In this document: positions 36,856 through 45,437 of the stretch, one piece after another
Numbering within the stretch: position 1 is the first letter of the stretch
Layout: the number at the start of each line of letters is the position of its first letter
From: a virus
Taxonomy: Duplodnaviria > Caudoviricetes
Length of the DNA stretch: 57,011 nt
Strand: one strand, 5' to 3'
Virus record (IMG/VR): IMGVR_UViG_3300044984_002188
Span: 1 to 57,011 of that record
The notes under the pieces: generated by a model
What the model saw: the letters and a program-made list of their open reading frames with translations, nothing else
Told to the model about the DNA's origin: nothing
Database searches by the model: none
Translations under genes and position numbers: made by a program

Positions 36856-37192
36856 TCTCTTCTTTCTTCTTTTGTGAGACTTTCCAATTTTCGTTTTCCC
36901 AATATTGACATGCTTCTAAAGAATCATTGAGCCTATGATAATGTTCTTTGAGTAAAGTTTCAATTGTATGAATTCTATTATATAGATCACTATTATTTTC
37001 AGCACCAAAGTTTGGGTGATTTTTTAATTTGTGACCTCTGTATTCACAATGTGAACGATATTCGTGCAACAACATTGTGAATGGCATTTCTTGAATAGAA
37101 TCTACAAATTCATGATATGGAACTTTTAAAATATCATATTCGTATTGCCACGGGATAGTTTTTGTAACAGTAACTTTAATATTCTTTTTCAT
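36815..37192 (-). CDS. Hypothetical protein
   Basis: 125-aa ORF in the replication operon. Confidence 0.65.
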   Translation of the reverse strand: MKKNIKVTVTKTIPWQYEYDILKVPYHEFVDSIQEMPFTMLLHEYRSHCEYRGHKLKNHPNFGAENNSDLYNRIHTIETLLKEHYHRLNDSLEACQYWENENWKVSQKKKEENVKVPNKSTKQTK

Positions 37193-37194
37193 AA

Positions 37195-37353
37195 TTATTC
37201 ATCAAACCAATAAGGGTTAATTGAAGCGACTACAAGCAGTGGTAGTCCAAACCAAAATCCACATGTCATAAAACAAAAGGCTGCAGCCATGCCCATAAAA
37301 ATAATAATCATACGATCCATTTGATGATCTATACGAAAATTCTTCTTAACCAT
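37195..37353 (-). CDS. Small membrane protein
   Basis: Long hydrophobic C-terminal half; start uncertain (37353 or 37320). Confidence 0.5.
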   Translation of the reverse strand: MVKKNFRIDHQMDRMIIIFMGMAAAFCFMTCGFWFGLPLLVVASINPYWFDE

Positions 37354-37366
37354 ATTCCAAATCTTT

Positions 37367-37666
37367 TTAAAGTAAGTCACTTTTCTTCTTTCCTTTCTTA
37401 TAGTTTTTTGTTGTAATAATAATACGCGCATAGTTTTCTTCAACTATGGTATCGTCAACAGTAATTGATTCTACTATTACGTCATCTACGTCATTGATAA
37501 TGTCAAGTAGTCTAGTACCAACCATAATACATGGACCACCTTCAAAATCAAATAAACCATCGCCACCCCTAGAAAATAAGGTGTGACCTTCGAGGCTATA
37601 GTTTCCGTCTTTACGTTTGGTGAGGATTCGTTCATCCCCATATCTAGATTTAAATTTCTTTACCAT
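37367..37666 (-). CDS. Hypothetical protein
   Basis: KSRYGDER...FDFEGGP; TTGACT(37735)-16-TATATT upstream. Confidence 0.7.
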   Translation of the reverse strand: MVKKFKSRYGDERILTKRKDGNYSLEGHTLFSRGGDGLFDFEGGPCIMVGTRLLDIINDVDDVIVESITVDDTIVEENYARIIITTKNYKKGKKKSDLL

Positions 37667-37715
37667 TTCTTAATATTCTTTCCAATTTTTATTTATTTAC
37701 TTCAACTAATATACA

Positions 37716-40223
37716 TCACGCAAAGAATGAGTCAAGTGTTACCTTGTCACTAATTGACCATTTGATTGCTTGTAAAATATTGTCAAGAGGTTCATTAAAA
37801 GTTTTTTCAAATTGTTTCTTACGATCCACAAATTTATCTAGTTGAAACTGTGCTGGGGCTTTGTTTATAAACCCAAGAACTGCATCACGACCACCCATAC
37901 CATACGGATTTGGAACTTTTACAAACACAAATCGAATCTTATCATTTTCTTTTATCGGTGCAACTTCTTTATCAAGTTTCAGTTTCTTCAAATATGCATT
38001 GTGTAACAGTGCTGCCTTAGTAGCAATAGGTGTTCCACTCTTGTATATATCAGAGACATCTGTGTACTTAGAGATACCCTTAACACCCCGAGGAGATGCA
38101 ATAACATCTATAGGCAATTGCATAAATTCATCATAAAATGTATTCACATACTTACGCAACTCCTCGGGGGTCTTGGTCATGATGATCATGATGCAGTCTT
38201 TGAGTTTATTACGAACAATACCGGGAGTACTGCTTCGTGCTGTTTCAAGACCCATGATCTTTAACTTTGGTTCGCTGAATCGAACACCTTCAAGATCTGT
38301 CATCAGCAACGCATATCGCTTCTTGGCAATAAACATTCCACTTGATGCAATTGCTTCACGCTTAAATGAAATCTTATTACTGAGACAATTGAGTTTAGTT
38401 GTCAACTCTTTCATCGTTCCTGTCAATTCCTTTTGAATATTCTTTTCACAGATATTATCAATAAAGGTTGTGATGTCCCCAATATCACTCTTGCTAGAAA
38501 CCTTTGTAATAATATCTTCAAGATTCAGATAAACAGAATCTGTGTCAACGGCAATGACATAATCCTTTGGATCAGCATTCTTCATCACTCTATTGATATA
38601 TGCATTCATCTGATCTTCTGCAGATCGAATGATCACCTGACCCGTAACCGTAACAGCCGTTGCTAATTCTGGAGAAGAATATGTAAATGCAGGATTACCA
38701 AGACAGCCATACAAACTGTTTGCTAGAATCTTTTTTACTGACTGACGAATCTTAAGAGCCGCAATCAATGGAATTAGTTTCTTGTCCTTAGAGACTTCGT
38801 ATTCCTTCTCCAACTTGATCATTTTCTTCTTGGCTTCCTGACGCTGGTTGAAAGTGATTTCAATCAGAGTAGGAATAAATCCCTTGACAGTATTTGAGAA
38901 GACTGAACCATTACACGCCAAACATGCAGTTTGACTAATAGCATCCTCAATCATACCTGGAATTTCTTTACGACTACTACGCAAAAAGTCATCTGCATTC
39001 AAGGATGAATTCTTTACAATACAAGTCTCGGGTGAAATGTTCCAACCAATGATAATAGATGGGTATAGAGATGTTGCATCAAAACTCACAACATTTTTAT
39101 ATAGACCGGGAATGACATCCTTGACATATGCACCAATGAACTGTTCGTCCTTAGAATACTTTGTCTTTAGTGGAGGAACAATATTTTGTTTGGCGAGATA
39201 GTCACAACAAATGGTTTCCCAAATACGAGTAGCGAAGAAGACTGTATCAAAGGTGATCTTGGCTTCATAGGCAATCGAAACCGCAAGATCAATTAACTTT
39301 AATTTACCGTCAAGTCGCTCAACCAAGACCACATCTTGGACATTGTATTCAGCAAACTTTTGAAAGTTTTGCGTATAAAACTCACGCAACGACCCATATT
39401 CGGTATAGTCCAGTTTTTGTTCATCTAGTTCTACCTTTGCTATATTATTTAGGGCGTAACTTTCTTGGTTGGTTCCAGAAAATTTCTTATATAGATCCAT
39501 GTAATCTAGAATGGTATATCCCGGAAACTCATATAGAGTATAGTCTTTACCACCAATATTGGTAATCCGCATCTTCATAAAGCCAAAGGGCATCCATGCT
39601 TGAATTTCCTTTTCTTCAAAGAACAGTTTGGCACGACCAATGATATAGGGCATATCAAAGAGTTTGATGTTCCAGCCAGTCAAAATGTCTGCATCACATT
39701 GACGAAGAATGTCAAAGATCTTCTTGATCAGTTCCTTTTCCGATGCAACAAGAACAACTCTACAATCCGGAAGGTTGAGGGGTTTCATGGTGATAACATA
39801 ATTGACACCAGAGATACGAATCGTCACCAAGTTGATGCGTTCATTAGGCGCATCAAGATTGGGAAACCCCCCTTCCGTCTCACATTCAAGGTCCAAGTAG
39901 GCTACTTTGATCTTGGAAAGATCGTATTCCACCTCAGACGGATAAGTCTCCATGATATATTGAGTAATGAAATCAGTGTTTCCATAAATTGGGCAATCTT
40001 CTAGTTCCCTGTATTGATCAAGGAATTCACGAGACTCATATAAATTCTCAAACTTAATACGACCAACATTGACACCGGTCAAGGTTTTATACTTAGTTGG
40101 AGTATCAGTACGCATATACAACGATGGCTTATATGTGACAGTATCCGTAAAACGGACACCGTTGTTATAGCCACGAACAAGAACCTTGTTCCCTTTAAGC
40201 GCACATGCTGTATAAAATTTCAT
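37716..40223 (-). CDS. 43: Family B DNA polymerase (T4 gp43-like)
   Basis: DLE exo I, GWNIKLFD, YNVQD, DATSLYPS, KILANSLYG, DTDS, KKRY. Confidence 0.97.
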   Translation of the reverse strand: MKFYTACALKGNKVLVRGYNNGVRFTDTVTYKPSLYMRTDTPTKYKTLTGVNVGRIKFENLYESREFLDQYRELEDCPIYGNTDFITQYIMETYPSEVEYDLSKIKVAYLDLECETEGGFPNLDAPNERINLVTIRISGVNYVITMKPLNLPDCRVVLVASEKELIKKIFDILRQCDADILTGWNIKLFDMPYIIGRAKLFFEEKEIQAWMPFGFMKMRITNIGGKDYTLYEFPGYTILDYMDLYKKFSGTNQESYALNNIAKVELDEQKLDYTEYGSLREFYTQNFQKFAEYNVQDVVLVERLDGKLKLIDLAVSIAYEAKITFDTVFFATRIWETICCDYLAKQNIVPPLKTKYSKDEQFIGAYVKDVIPGLYKNVVSFDATSLYPSIIIGWNISPETCIVKNSSLNADDFLRSSRKEIPGMIEDAISQTACLACNGSVFSNTVKGFIPTLIEITFNQRQEAKKKMIKLEKEYEVSKDKKLIPLIAALKIRQSVKKILANSLYGCLGNPAFTYSSPELATAVTVTGQVIIRSAEDQMNAYINRVMKNADPKDYVIAVDTDSVYLNLEDIITKVSSKSDIGDITTFIDNICEKNIQKELTGTMKELTTKLNCLSNKISFKREAIASSGMFIAKKRYALLMTDLEGVRFSEPKLKIMGLETARSSTPGIVRNKLKDCIMIIMTKTPEELRKYVNTFYDEFMQLPIDVIASPRGVKGISKYTDVSDIYKSGTPIATKAALLHNAYLKKLKLDKEVAPIKENDKIRFVFVKVPNPYGMGGRDAVLGFINKAPAQFQLDKFVDRKKQFEKTFNEPLDNILQAIKWSISDKVTLDSFFA

Positions 40224-40537
40224 TATTTTGTTTCTTTGTCTTCTAACAATCCCTGAAGTAGAATCATATAATTAATTACATCAAGAATACTGTCTTGAAC
40301 AGTCTCATTTCCCACTTTTAATTCACCCTTCTTGAGAAAAGTGGAAATACGTGAGATTTTATCAACTACTCGCAACATTAACCCCTCTTCGGCACTTGCA
40401 AAGCCAAGAATCTCTCCTCTCTTAAAATTGGCAAACGGATCTGTTCCGGATGCATAATCTGCGGACTTGTGACGCATTATTACTAATGCTCTACGGCAAA
40501 TGTCTTCGTGTAGTTGAAATAGTTCATCTCTAGTCAT
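40223..40537 (-). CDS. DUF1599 / nucleotide-modification-associated domain protein
   Basis: KSADYA, DPFANF, DKISRI, DSILDVINY. Confidence 0.75.
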   Translation of the reverse strand: MTRDELFQLHEDICRRALVIMRHKSADYASGTDPFANFKRGEILGFASAEEGLMLRVVDKISRISTFLKKGELKVGNETVQDSILDVINYMILLQGLLEDKETK

Positions 40538-40543
40538 GGCAGT

Positions 40544-40582
40544 AGTATATACCCTATTATGGGGATGTCAAGAATATAAATA
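40544..40582. promoter_or_regulatory. Divergent promoter pair: sigma70-type (-) and late (+)
   Basis: TTGACA(40571)-16-TATACT on -; TATAAATA at 40575-40582 on +. Confidence 0.75.
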
Positions 40583-40608
40583 TTAATGCACCCCAATGGA
40601 GTTTCCTT

Positions 40609-41214
40609 ATGTTAATATCCCTAATTGATTATACCAAATTTATAGACATCATTTCTCTTATTATGGTAGGTGTTATCGGGGGTGTATATGGAATTATGAA
40701 ATTTGTAAAGTCTAGAATAAAAACAGACAATTTTATTGAAATTCATACAGAAATACATGAATTATTAACAGAACTTAGAGTTACCACTAAGTGCATGAGA
40801 GCAAGTATTTTACAGTTTCATAATGGAGATTATTTTATGGATGGAATTTCCATGCGTAAATTTTCTGTAACACACGAATCCTCTCATAAAGGATACAACT
40901 CACAGGTAATAAAATTAAAAGCAAGTTTATGTTCAATGTTTATTCCCTTATTGGTTCATGTTTTAGATAATAAAAATTTAATTTATCCTCTTCGGTCATT
41001 ACCTGAAAGTTACACCAAAGGGTTCTTTGAAGATGAAAACGTTTCAGATTATGCCTGTCTTCCATTAAAAAATAAAGGTATTAATATTGGATTTATTTTA
41101 CTTCAATGGCATGAAGACTTTGAGCCACAAATAGAAGAAGAAGAAATTTTAATGAAACATTTCAAGGCTATCAAAGAATCGATTGAGATTCAACTTTCAC
41201 ATCAAAAGAACTGA
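40609..41214 (+). CDS. Putative holin (T4 T-like: one TM plus GAF-like domain)
   Basis: N-terminal TM; RASILQFHNG...KFSVTHE...CLPL...IGFILL; late promoter. Confidence 0.6.
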   Translation: MLISLIDYTKFIDIISLIMVGVIGGVYGIMKFVKSRIKTDNFIEIHTEIHELLTELRVTTKCMRASILQFHNGDYFMDGISMRKFSVTHESSHKGYNSQVIKLKASLCSMFIPLLVHVLDNKNLIYPLRSLPESYTKGFFEDENVSDYACLPLKNKGINIGFILLQWHEDFEPQIEEEEILMKHFKAIKESIEIQLSHQKN

Positions 41215-41222
41215 GGTATATT

Positions 41223-41654
41223 ATGTCTGAACAACTCATATCATTAATTGGTGGAACTGCTACTGGGTTTCTTTTCAAATATTGGGCTCAACGGGCTCAA
41301 GATCAAAAAGAAATGTTTGAGCAAATGCTTAAGGCAAATACTCAAACTACTGAAAATCAAGATAAGGCTGTACAAAGAGTACCCTTAGATCTTGGTAAGA
41401 ATGTTCGTCGTTTTATTGTACTTTCGTGTCTCTTTGCAGTTGTGGCTGCTCCGTTTGTCTTACCGTTCTTTGGTATTCCTACCTTTGTAGAAATTTCACA
41501 GAAACAACCAGATTCTCTCTTTGGATTCATTCCAGCGACAACTCGTAAATACTTTATTGAAATTCCAGGATATTTCTTGGCTGAAGAAAATCGTCAAGTT
41601 CTACTTGCCGTGGTTGGATTTTACTTCGGATCTGCAGCAGGGAGCAACAAATGA
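41223..41654 (+). CDS. Membrane protein, 3-TM holin-like
   Basis: Hydrophobic segments; VRRFI and VVGFYFGS motifs. Confidence 0.55.
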   Translation: MSEQLISLIGGTATGFLFKYWAQRAQDQKEMFEQMLKANTQTTENQDKAVQRVPLDLGKNVRRFIVLSCLFAVVAAPFVLPFFGIPTFVEISQKQPDSLFGFIPATTRKYFIEIPGYFLAEENRQVLLAVVGFYFGSAAGSNK

Positions 41655-41920
41655 AATATTTACTTCCAATCATTCTCTTTCTCGCCTCATGTACCAGTCC
41701 TGAATTTGTTACATTAAAGACAAAGGATGGTGAACATATTCACACAGTCTCTGAAAATTCTTTTTTCAATACTCCAGACAAAGCATCTGAATGGGCATTC
41801 TGGTATTTTCCAGTTGTCGTATTTGTACTCTGGATGGTATGGAAAGAATTTAAATCAATTAAATTTACTAAAAAGAAATCAACTGATTCCAGTACTACCG
41901 AACCCACCGATACGGTCTGA
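41651..41920 (+). CDS. Lipoprotein with C-terminal TM (u-spanin architecture)
   Basis: MKYLLPIILF-LAS/C lipobox; WAFWYFPVVVFVLWMVW TM followed by a basic tail. Confidence 0.6.
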   Translation: MKYLLPIILFLASCTSPEFVTLKTKDGEHIHTVSENSFFNTPDKASEWAFWYFPVVVFVLWMVWKEFKSIKFTKKKSTDSSTTEPTDTV

Positions 41921-42394
41921 CTTGAGACTTGGTTCTGTGTAAATTTCAATTAACATTGGTTGTTCGTACTTTACTAGTTCACCCTGTGCAATTCTATCTC
42001 TATCATAGATTCTAACAGGATCTGTGCTAGTGTTGATCATGATAAGTTTGGTCTCATAGGTATAATCTTCGTCTACTACACCTTCGCAGTTTGCAAGCGT
42101 AAGACCGTATTTAAGAGCCATTCCTGATCTAGGGTGTATTCGGACAGAATATCCTTGGGGCACGTTAAAAGTCAAGCCTGTGCGAACTAGAGCCCTTTCA
42201 GAAGGCATTAGAGTAATGTATGAACCCTTTTCTCCGTCATGGTCTGGAAGAAACAAATTTTCCTTTTTTCCATCATAAATTTTTACTTTTTCATTTGGTG
42301 GAATGTATGCGGCAAGATCAAAACACGCAGCCATTCTGGTCTGAAAGTTCGGATCTGGAATATTTGGAGAAACTTTGAAGTAGTCTAGGAACAT
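41879..42394 (-). CDS. dut: Trimeric dUTPase
   Basis: ACFDL, PRSG, GVVDEDY, RIAQ, RIGGFGSTG; TTGACA-16-TATAAT-6-ATG. Confidence 0.93.
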   Translation of the reverse strand: MFLDYFKVSPNIPDPNFQTRMAACFDLAAYIPPNEKVKIYDGKKENLFLPDHDGEKGSYITLMPSERALVRTGLTFNVPQGYSVRIHPRSGMALKYGLTLANCEGVVDEDYTYETKLIMINTSTDPVRIYDRDRIAQGELVKYEQPMLIEIYTEPSLKSDRIGGFGSTGIS

Positions 42395-42424
42395 GTGATT
42401 ATTATATCATAATATAGATACTTG

Positions 42425-43090
42425 TCAAGAATCAGACAATATTTCATCATCTACTGGTTCTGGTGGTAGAGAATATTGAGACCAAACTTGTCCAGTAACA
42501 ATTCCCGGCAATACTATTGAATTATAAAGCATAATATCTTCTGCATATATTTCGTTCAATGTATTTATTTGATTTTGTGTTAAAGGTGGTTTTGGTCTTT
42601 TTGCTGAATTTATCTGTACCAAATCGCCAACAAATCCTATTTCTACACATCCTTCTGTTAGGTGATCGGGAAACTTGTAAAGTTTTGCATTTGGTGTAAC
42701 TTGTTTAATCTGAAGACTAAAATGAGGATTTTTGGAAAGCACTCTTTCTTTTCTTTTTCCATTTAAATTTTGTGGTGGCAATATGGTGCTATTTATTATT
42801 GAATCTATGGTTAAATCAACATCAATAAGATTTTCTTGTGACATTGCTGACAAGAATCGTTCAATTGGTTCTCTTATAAAAGATATAACAGGTTTTGATG
42901 GATATCTTTCTTTTGGAGTAAACCCTTGCCATAATGTGTTGTCCGGTCCTTTTCCTTCTGGGTATGCTCCGGTTTGTATTAAATTTTCTTTGTCTGGATA
43001 AAAAGACTTTAACACAAGTCTTGCTATAGTAGAACACCCTGATTTTGGTATAAGAGATACGCTGTAGTTTGGAGTGATGTAATATGCCAT
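42425..43090 (-). CDS. Sulfotransferase family 2-like protein
   Basis: IPKSGCSTI (5'-PSB), FIREPIERFLSA (3'-PB), HFSLQ, YAED. Confidence 0.8.
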   Translation of the reverse strand: MAYYITPNYSVSLIPKSGCSTIARLVLKSFYPDKENLIQTGAYPEGKGPDNTLWQGFTPKERYPSKPVISFIREPIERFLSAMSQENLIDVDLTIDSIINSTILPPQNLNGKRKERVLSKNPHFSLQIKQVTPNAKLYKFPDHLTEGCVEIGFVGDLVQINSAKRPKPPLTQNQINTLNEIYAEDIMLYNSIVLPGIVTGQVWSQYSLPPEPVDDEILSDS

Positions 43091-43091
43091 T

Positions 43092-43988
43092 TTATGAACC
43101 TAATACGGTATATCCTTTTGCGGTTGCTATAGAGGGATTATCTGTCGAGGTTCCAGTATTGTTACTTACAAGTAGATAACCATCGCCTGCTGCCAAATCC
43201 GTATATATTTGATCTAGAGCAGCACCATTAAATGCACAGTATGATATATCTGCTCCACCAGAATACAAGTAGTTGTATCCACCATAAGTATAAGTAGATG
43301 GAGTATTAAAAGTGCAATTTTGAATTCTAAGAGAAGATAAGCTCGTATTAGAAGCTAACACTAAAATTATCAAAGAATTTGCGGCAGAGTTCAATCCGGT
43401 AACACTTGTTAACGCACTGCTTTTGGATACATAACAATATTGTAAAGAAGAACAACCAGAGACATCTACAGAAGTTAATGTACTGTTAGAAGCACCATTT
43501 GAACCTGAATATGCACCGGAGTCAGTAGCACCAATTCTTAAATCTGTGAGTTCCTTTAATCCAGACAGATCTAATGTTGATGGTCTTATTTCTTGTCCTA
43601 CTCCCAAAGTGGAAAACATATACAATTTTTGTAATCTTGGGCAGTTACGAAAATTTGAAGTGCTTGTTTGACTTCTTGAGGTTCCACTCCGGTGATGCCA
43701 TATTTCAGTTATATAACCTATTTTTCTTTGATTTGTAGTATTATCTATAGAATAAACCTTGAATGGTTTTGGTGTAAGATTAGTATATGGGGCTACTACT
43801 GCTTTGGAAACAAAAGATCCATTTGCGGCAGTAGAAGTAGTTCCATCCCACCATTCAATTTTATAAAACCCAGTAGAAGTGGAAAGTCTTATTCTCCATG
43901 TCACCGAACTTTGTACTATTGTTCCTTCATAATAGTCTGCTGATGGAGATTTGGTGAGTACTGGTTTTATTGATGGGATTGATATCAT
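43092..43988 (-). CDS. Leucine-rich-repeat-containing tail-associated protein
   Basis: LDLSGLKELTDL, VDVSGCSSL, LSSLRI; IEWWDGT; C-terminal IATAKGYTV. Confidence 0.65.
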   Translation of the reverse strand: MISIPSIKPVLTKSPSADYYEGTIVQSSVTWRIRLSTSTGFYKIEWWDGTTSTAANGSFVSKAVVAPYTNLTPKPFKVYSIDNTTNQRKIGYITEIWHHRSGTSRSQTSTSNFRNCPRLQKLYMFSTLGVGQEIRPSTLDLSGLKELTDLRIGATDSGAYSGSNGASNSTLTSVDVSGCSSLQYCYVSKSSALTSVTGLNSAANSLIILVLASNTSLSSLRIQNCTFNTPSTYTYGGYNYLYSGGADISYCAFNGAALDQIYTDLAAGDGYLLVSNNTGTSTDNPSIATAKGYTVLGS

Positions 43989-45178
43989 ATAGTCAAGGTT
44001 CCCGATAAATTATATACATTTGATGCATATGATATTAATGCCGCAGAACCATGCTGACCAGCAATTTTTAATCCGCTTGCGTAAGCATTTAAAGTCACAC
44101 CAGATGCTGCTGTAAATCCAACTAATCCTGTGCCAAGTTGAATTGCGGTACAATTAAATCCAACCGGGAGTCCTGTGGGTACTGTAACTGTTATAGTGGA
44201 ACCATTGTTAAATGTAACTATTTCTCCATTATCTGCTGCAATAAAAGTATATGTAGTTCCTGTTTGCGTGTTAAAGGCACTTGATGATATTCTATAACCT
44301 GTGTCTGAACTTACAGTTCCTGAGAATGTAGCACCACCAGAAGCACTAATACCCGCACTTGCAGTCAGTAGTCTAGAGAATGATCCTGTTGCACCACTAA
44401 AGTTTCCTGAGAAGGTCACACCACCTGCTGCACTAATACCTTTTGATGCACTCAATAATCCAGTAAAGGAAGATGTGACACCAGTAAACAGTCCTTGAAA
44501 AATAGCAGGTCCTAGAAAAATAGCATTTGATGCCGCTGATGTTTGCATATTACCATCAATATACAACGCGCAACCATTATTTATTGTGAAAAGTGGGTCT
44601 CCCGTTGGATTTCTATCTAACTGTGCATATGTTACCCAATTTCCAGATGGATGTTTAAATCCAAATTTAATTGAAGAATTTAGATCATAATCTGAACCAT
44701 CTACTGCACCAATGTATAGATTTGCAATACCCGAATTTGCTGGATCATATCCTGTTGAATTGATTCCTGCACCACCACCATCATCCAAACCCAAACCATT
44801 TGAAACTCTAGAAAATTCTAACCCTTGTTGGGCATTACCTGCAATTCCATCTTCACCAGTGGGTCCAATAAATTTTAAAATTGTATTATTATATGCAGAA
44901 TATGGAGCATATCCAAGAATCAAATAAGGACTACCACACAAACCTTCTGCAGATTTATATTGAATGCTGCCATAAGTTCCACCAACTGCCGTAAGACCAG
45001 TAACAGCACCTGTGAGTCCATTGAAAGTTGCAACACCACCGTCAGTATTTGCTAATAAAGCATTACCGCCAGTTATTCCGATAAAAAGTCTTTTGTTTGT
45101 AAAATCGTATGCTAGTTCTCCGAAAGTTAATCCCGATGGAGTACCTGCACCTTTTTTTATCTTAATTCTAGTAGTCAT
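43985..45178 (-). CDS. Tail fibre-like protein
   Basis: IKIKKGAGTPSGLTFGELAY N-terminus; FNGLTGAV; QTGTTYT...DNGEIV...PVGF C-terminal domain. Confidence 0.75.
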   Translation of the reverse strand: MTTRIKIKKGAGTPSGLTFGELAYDFTNKRLFIGITGGNALLANTDGGVATFNGLTGAVTGLTAVGGTYGSIQYKSAEGLCGSPYLILGYAPYSAYNNTILKFIGPTGEDGIAGNAQQGLEFSRVSNGLGLDDGGGAGINSTGYDPANSGIANLYIGAVDGSDYDLNSSIKFGFKHPSGNWVTYAQLDRNPTGDPLFTINNGCALYIDGNMQTSAASNAIFLGPAIFQGLFTGVTSSFTGLLSASKGISAAGGVTFSGNFSGATGSFSRLLTASAGISASGGATFSGTVSSDTGYRISSSAFNTQTGTTYTFIAADNGEIVTFNNGSTITVTVPTGLPVGFNCTAIQLGTGLVGFTAASGVTLNAYASGLKIAGQHGSAALISYASNVYNLSGTLTI

Positions 45179-45220
45179 TTAACTCACCTTATATACATAA
45201 TATCAATTAATGTATTTTAA

Positions 45221-45427
45221 TTAAAATGTATCGCCATCCAACTTTTCATGCTTTTTCTTCTTATCTAGTTTATTTAGGGCTGTATTATACTTCTCGGTAA
45301 GATCCGCATTCTTTGCTCTTTCAATTAACAAATTTGCCTCTAATACTAGATTTATATTTGTTAATTCTCTAAATTTATTCTGTAACAATGGAATAACTAT
45401 AGTCTCATTATAATTAGGTTCACTCAT
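45221..45427 (-). CDS. Small coiled-coil protein
   Basis: 68-aa ORF with AAGGA SD. Confidence 0.65.
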   Translation of the reverse strand: MSEPNYNETIVIPLLQNKFRELTNINLVLEANLLIERAKNADLTEKYNTALNKLDKKKKHEKLDGDTF

Positions 45428-45437
45428 ATATTAATCC

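Noticed and set aside
30226-40223. Inteins or introns in nrdJ, helicase, uvsX or polymerase
   Set aside because: All are continuous, of normal length, and lack visible splice motifs
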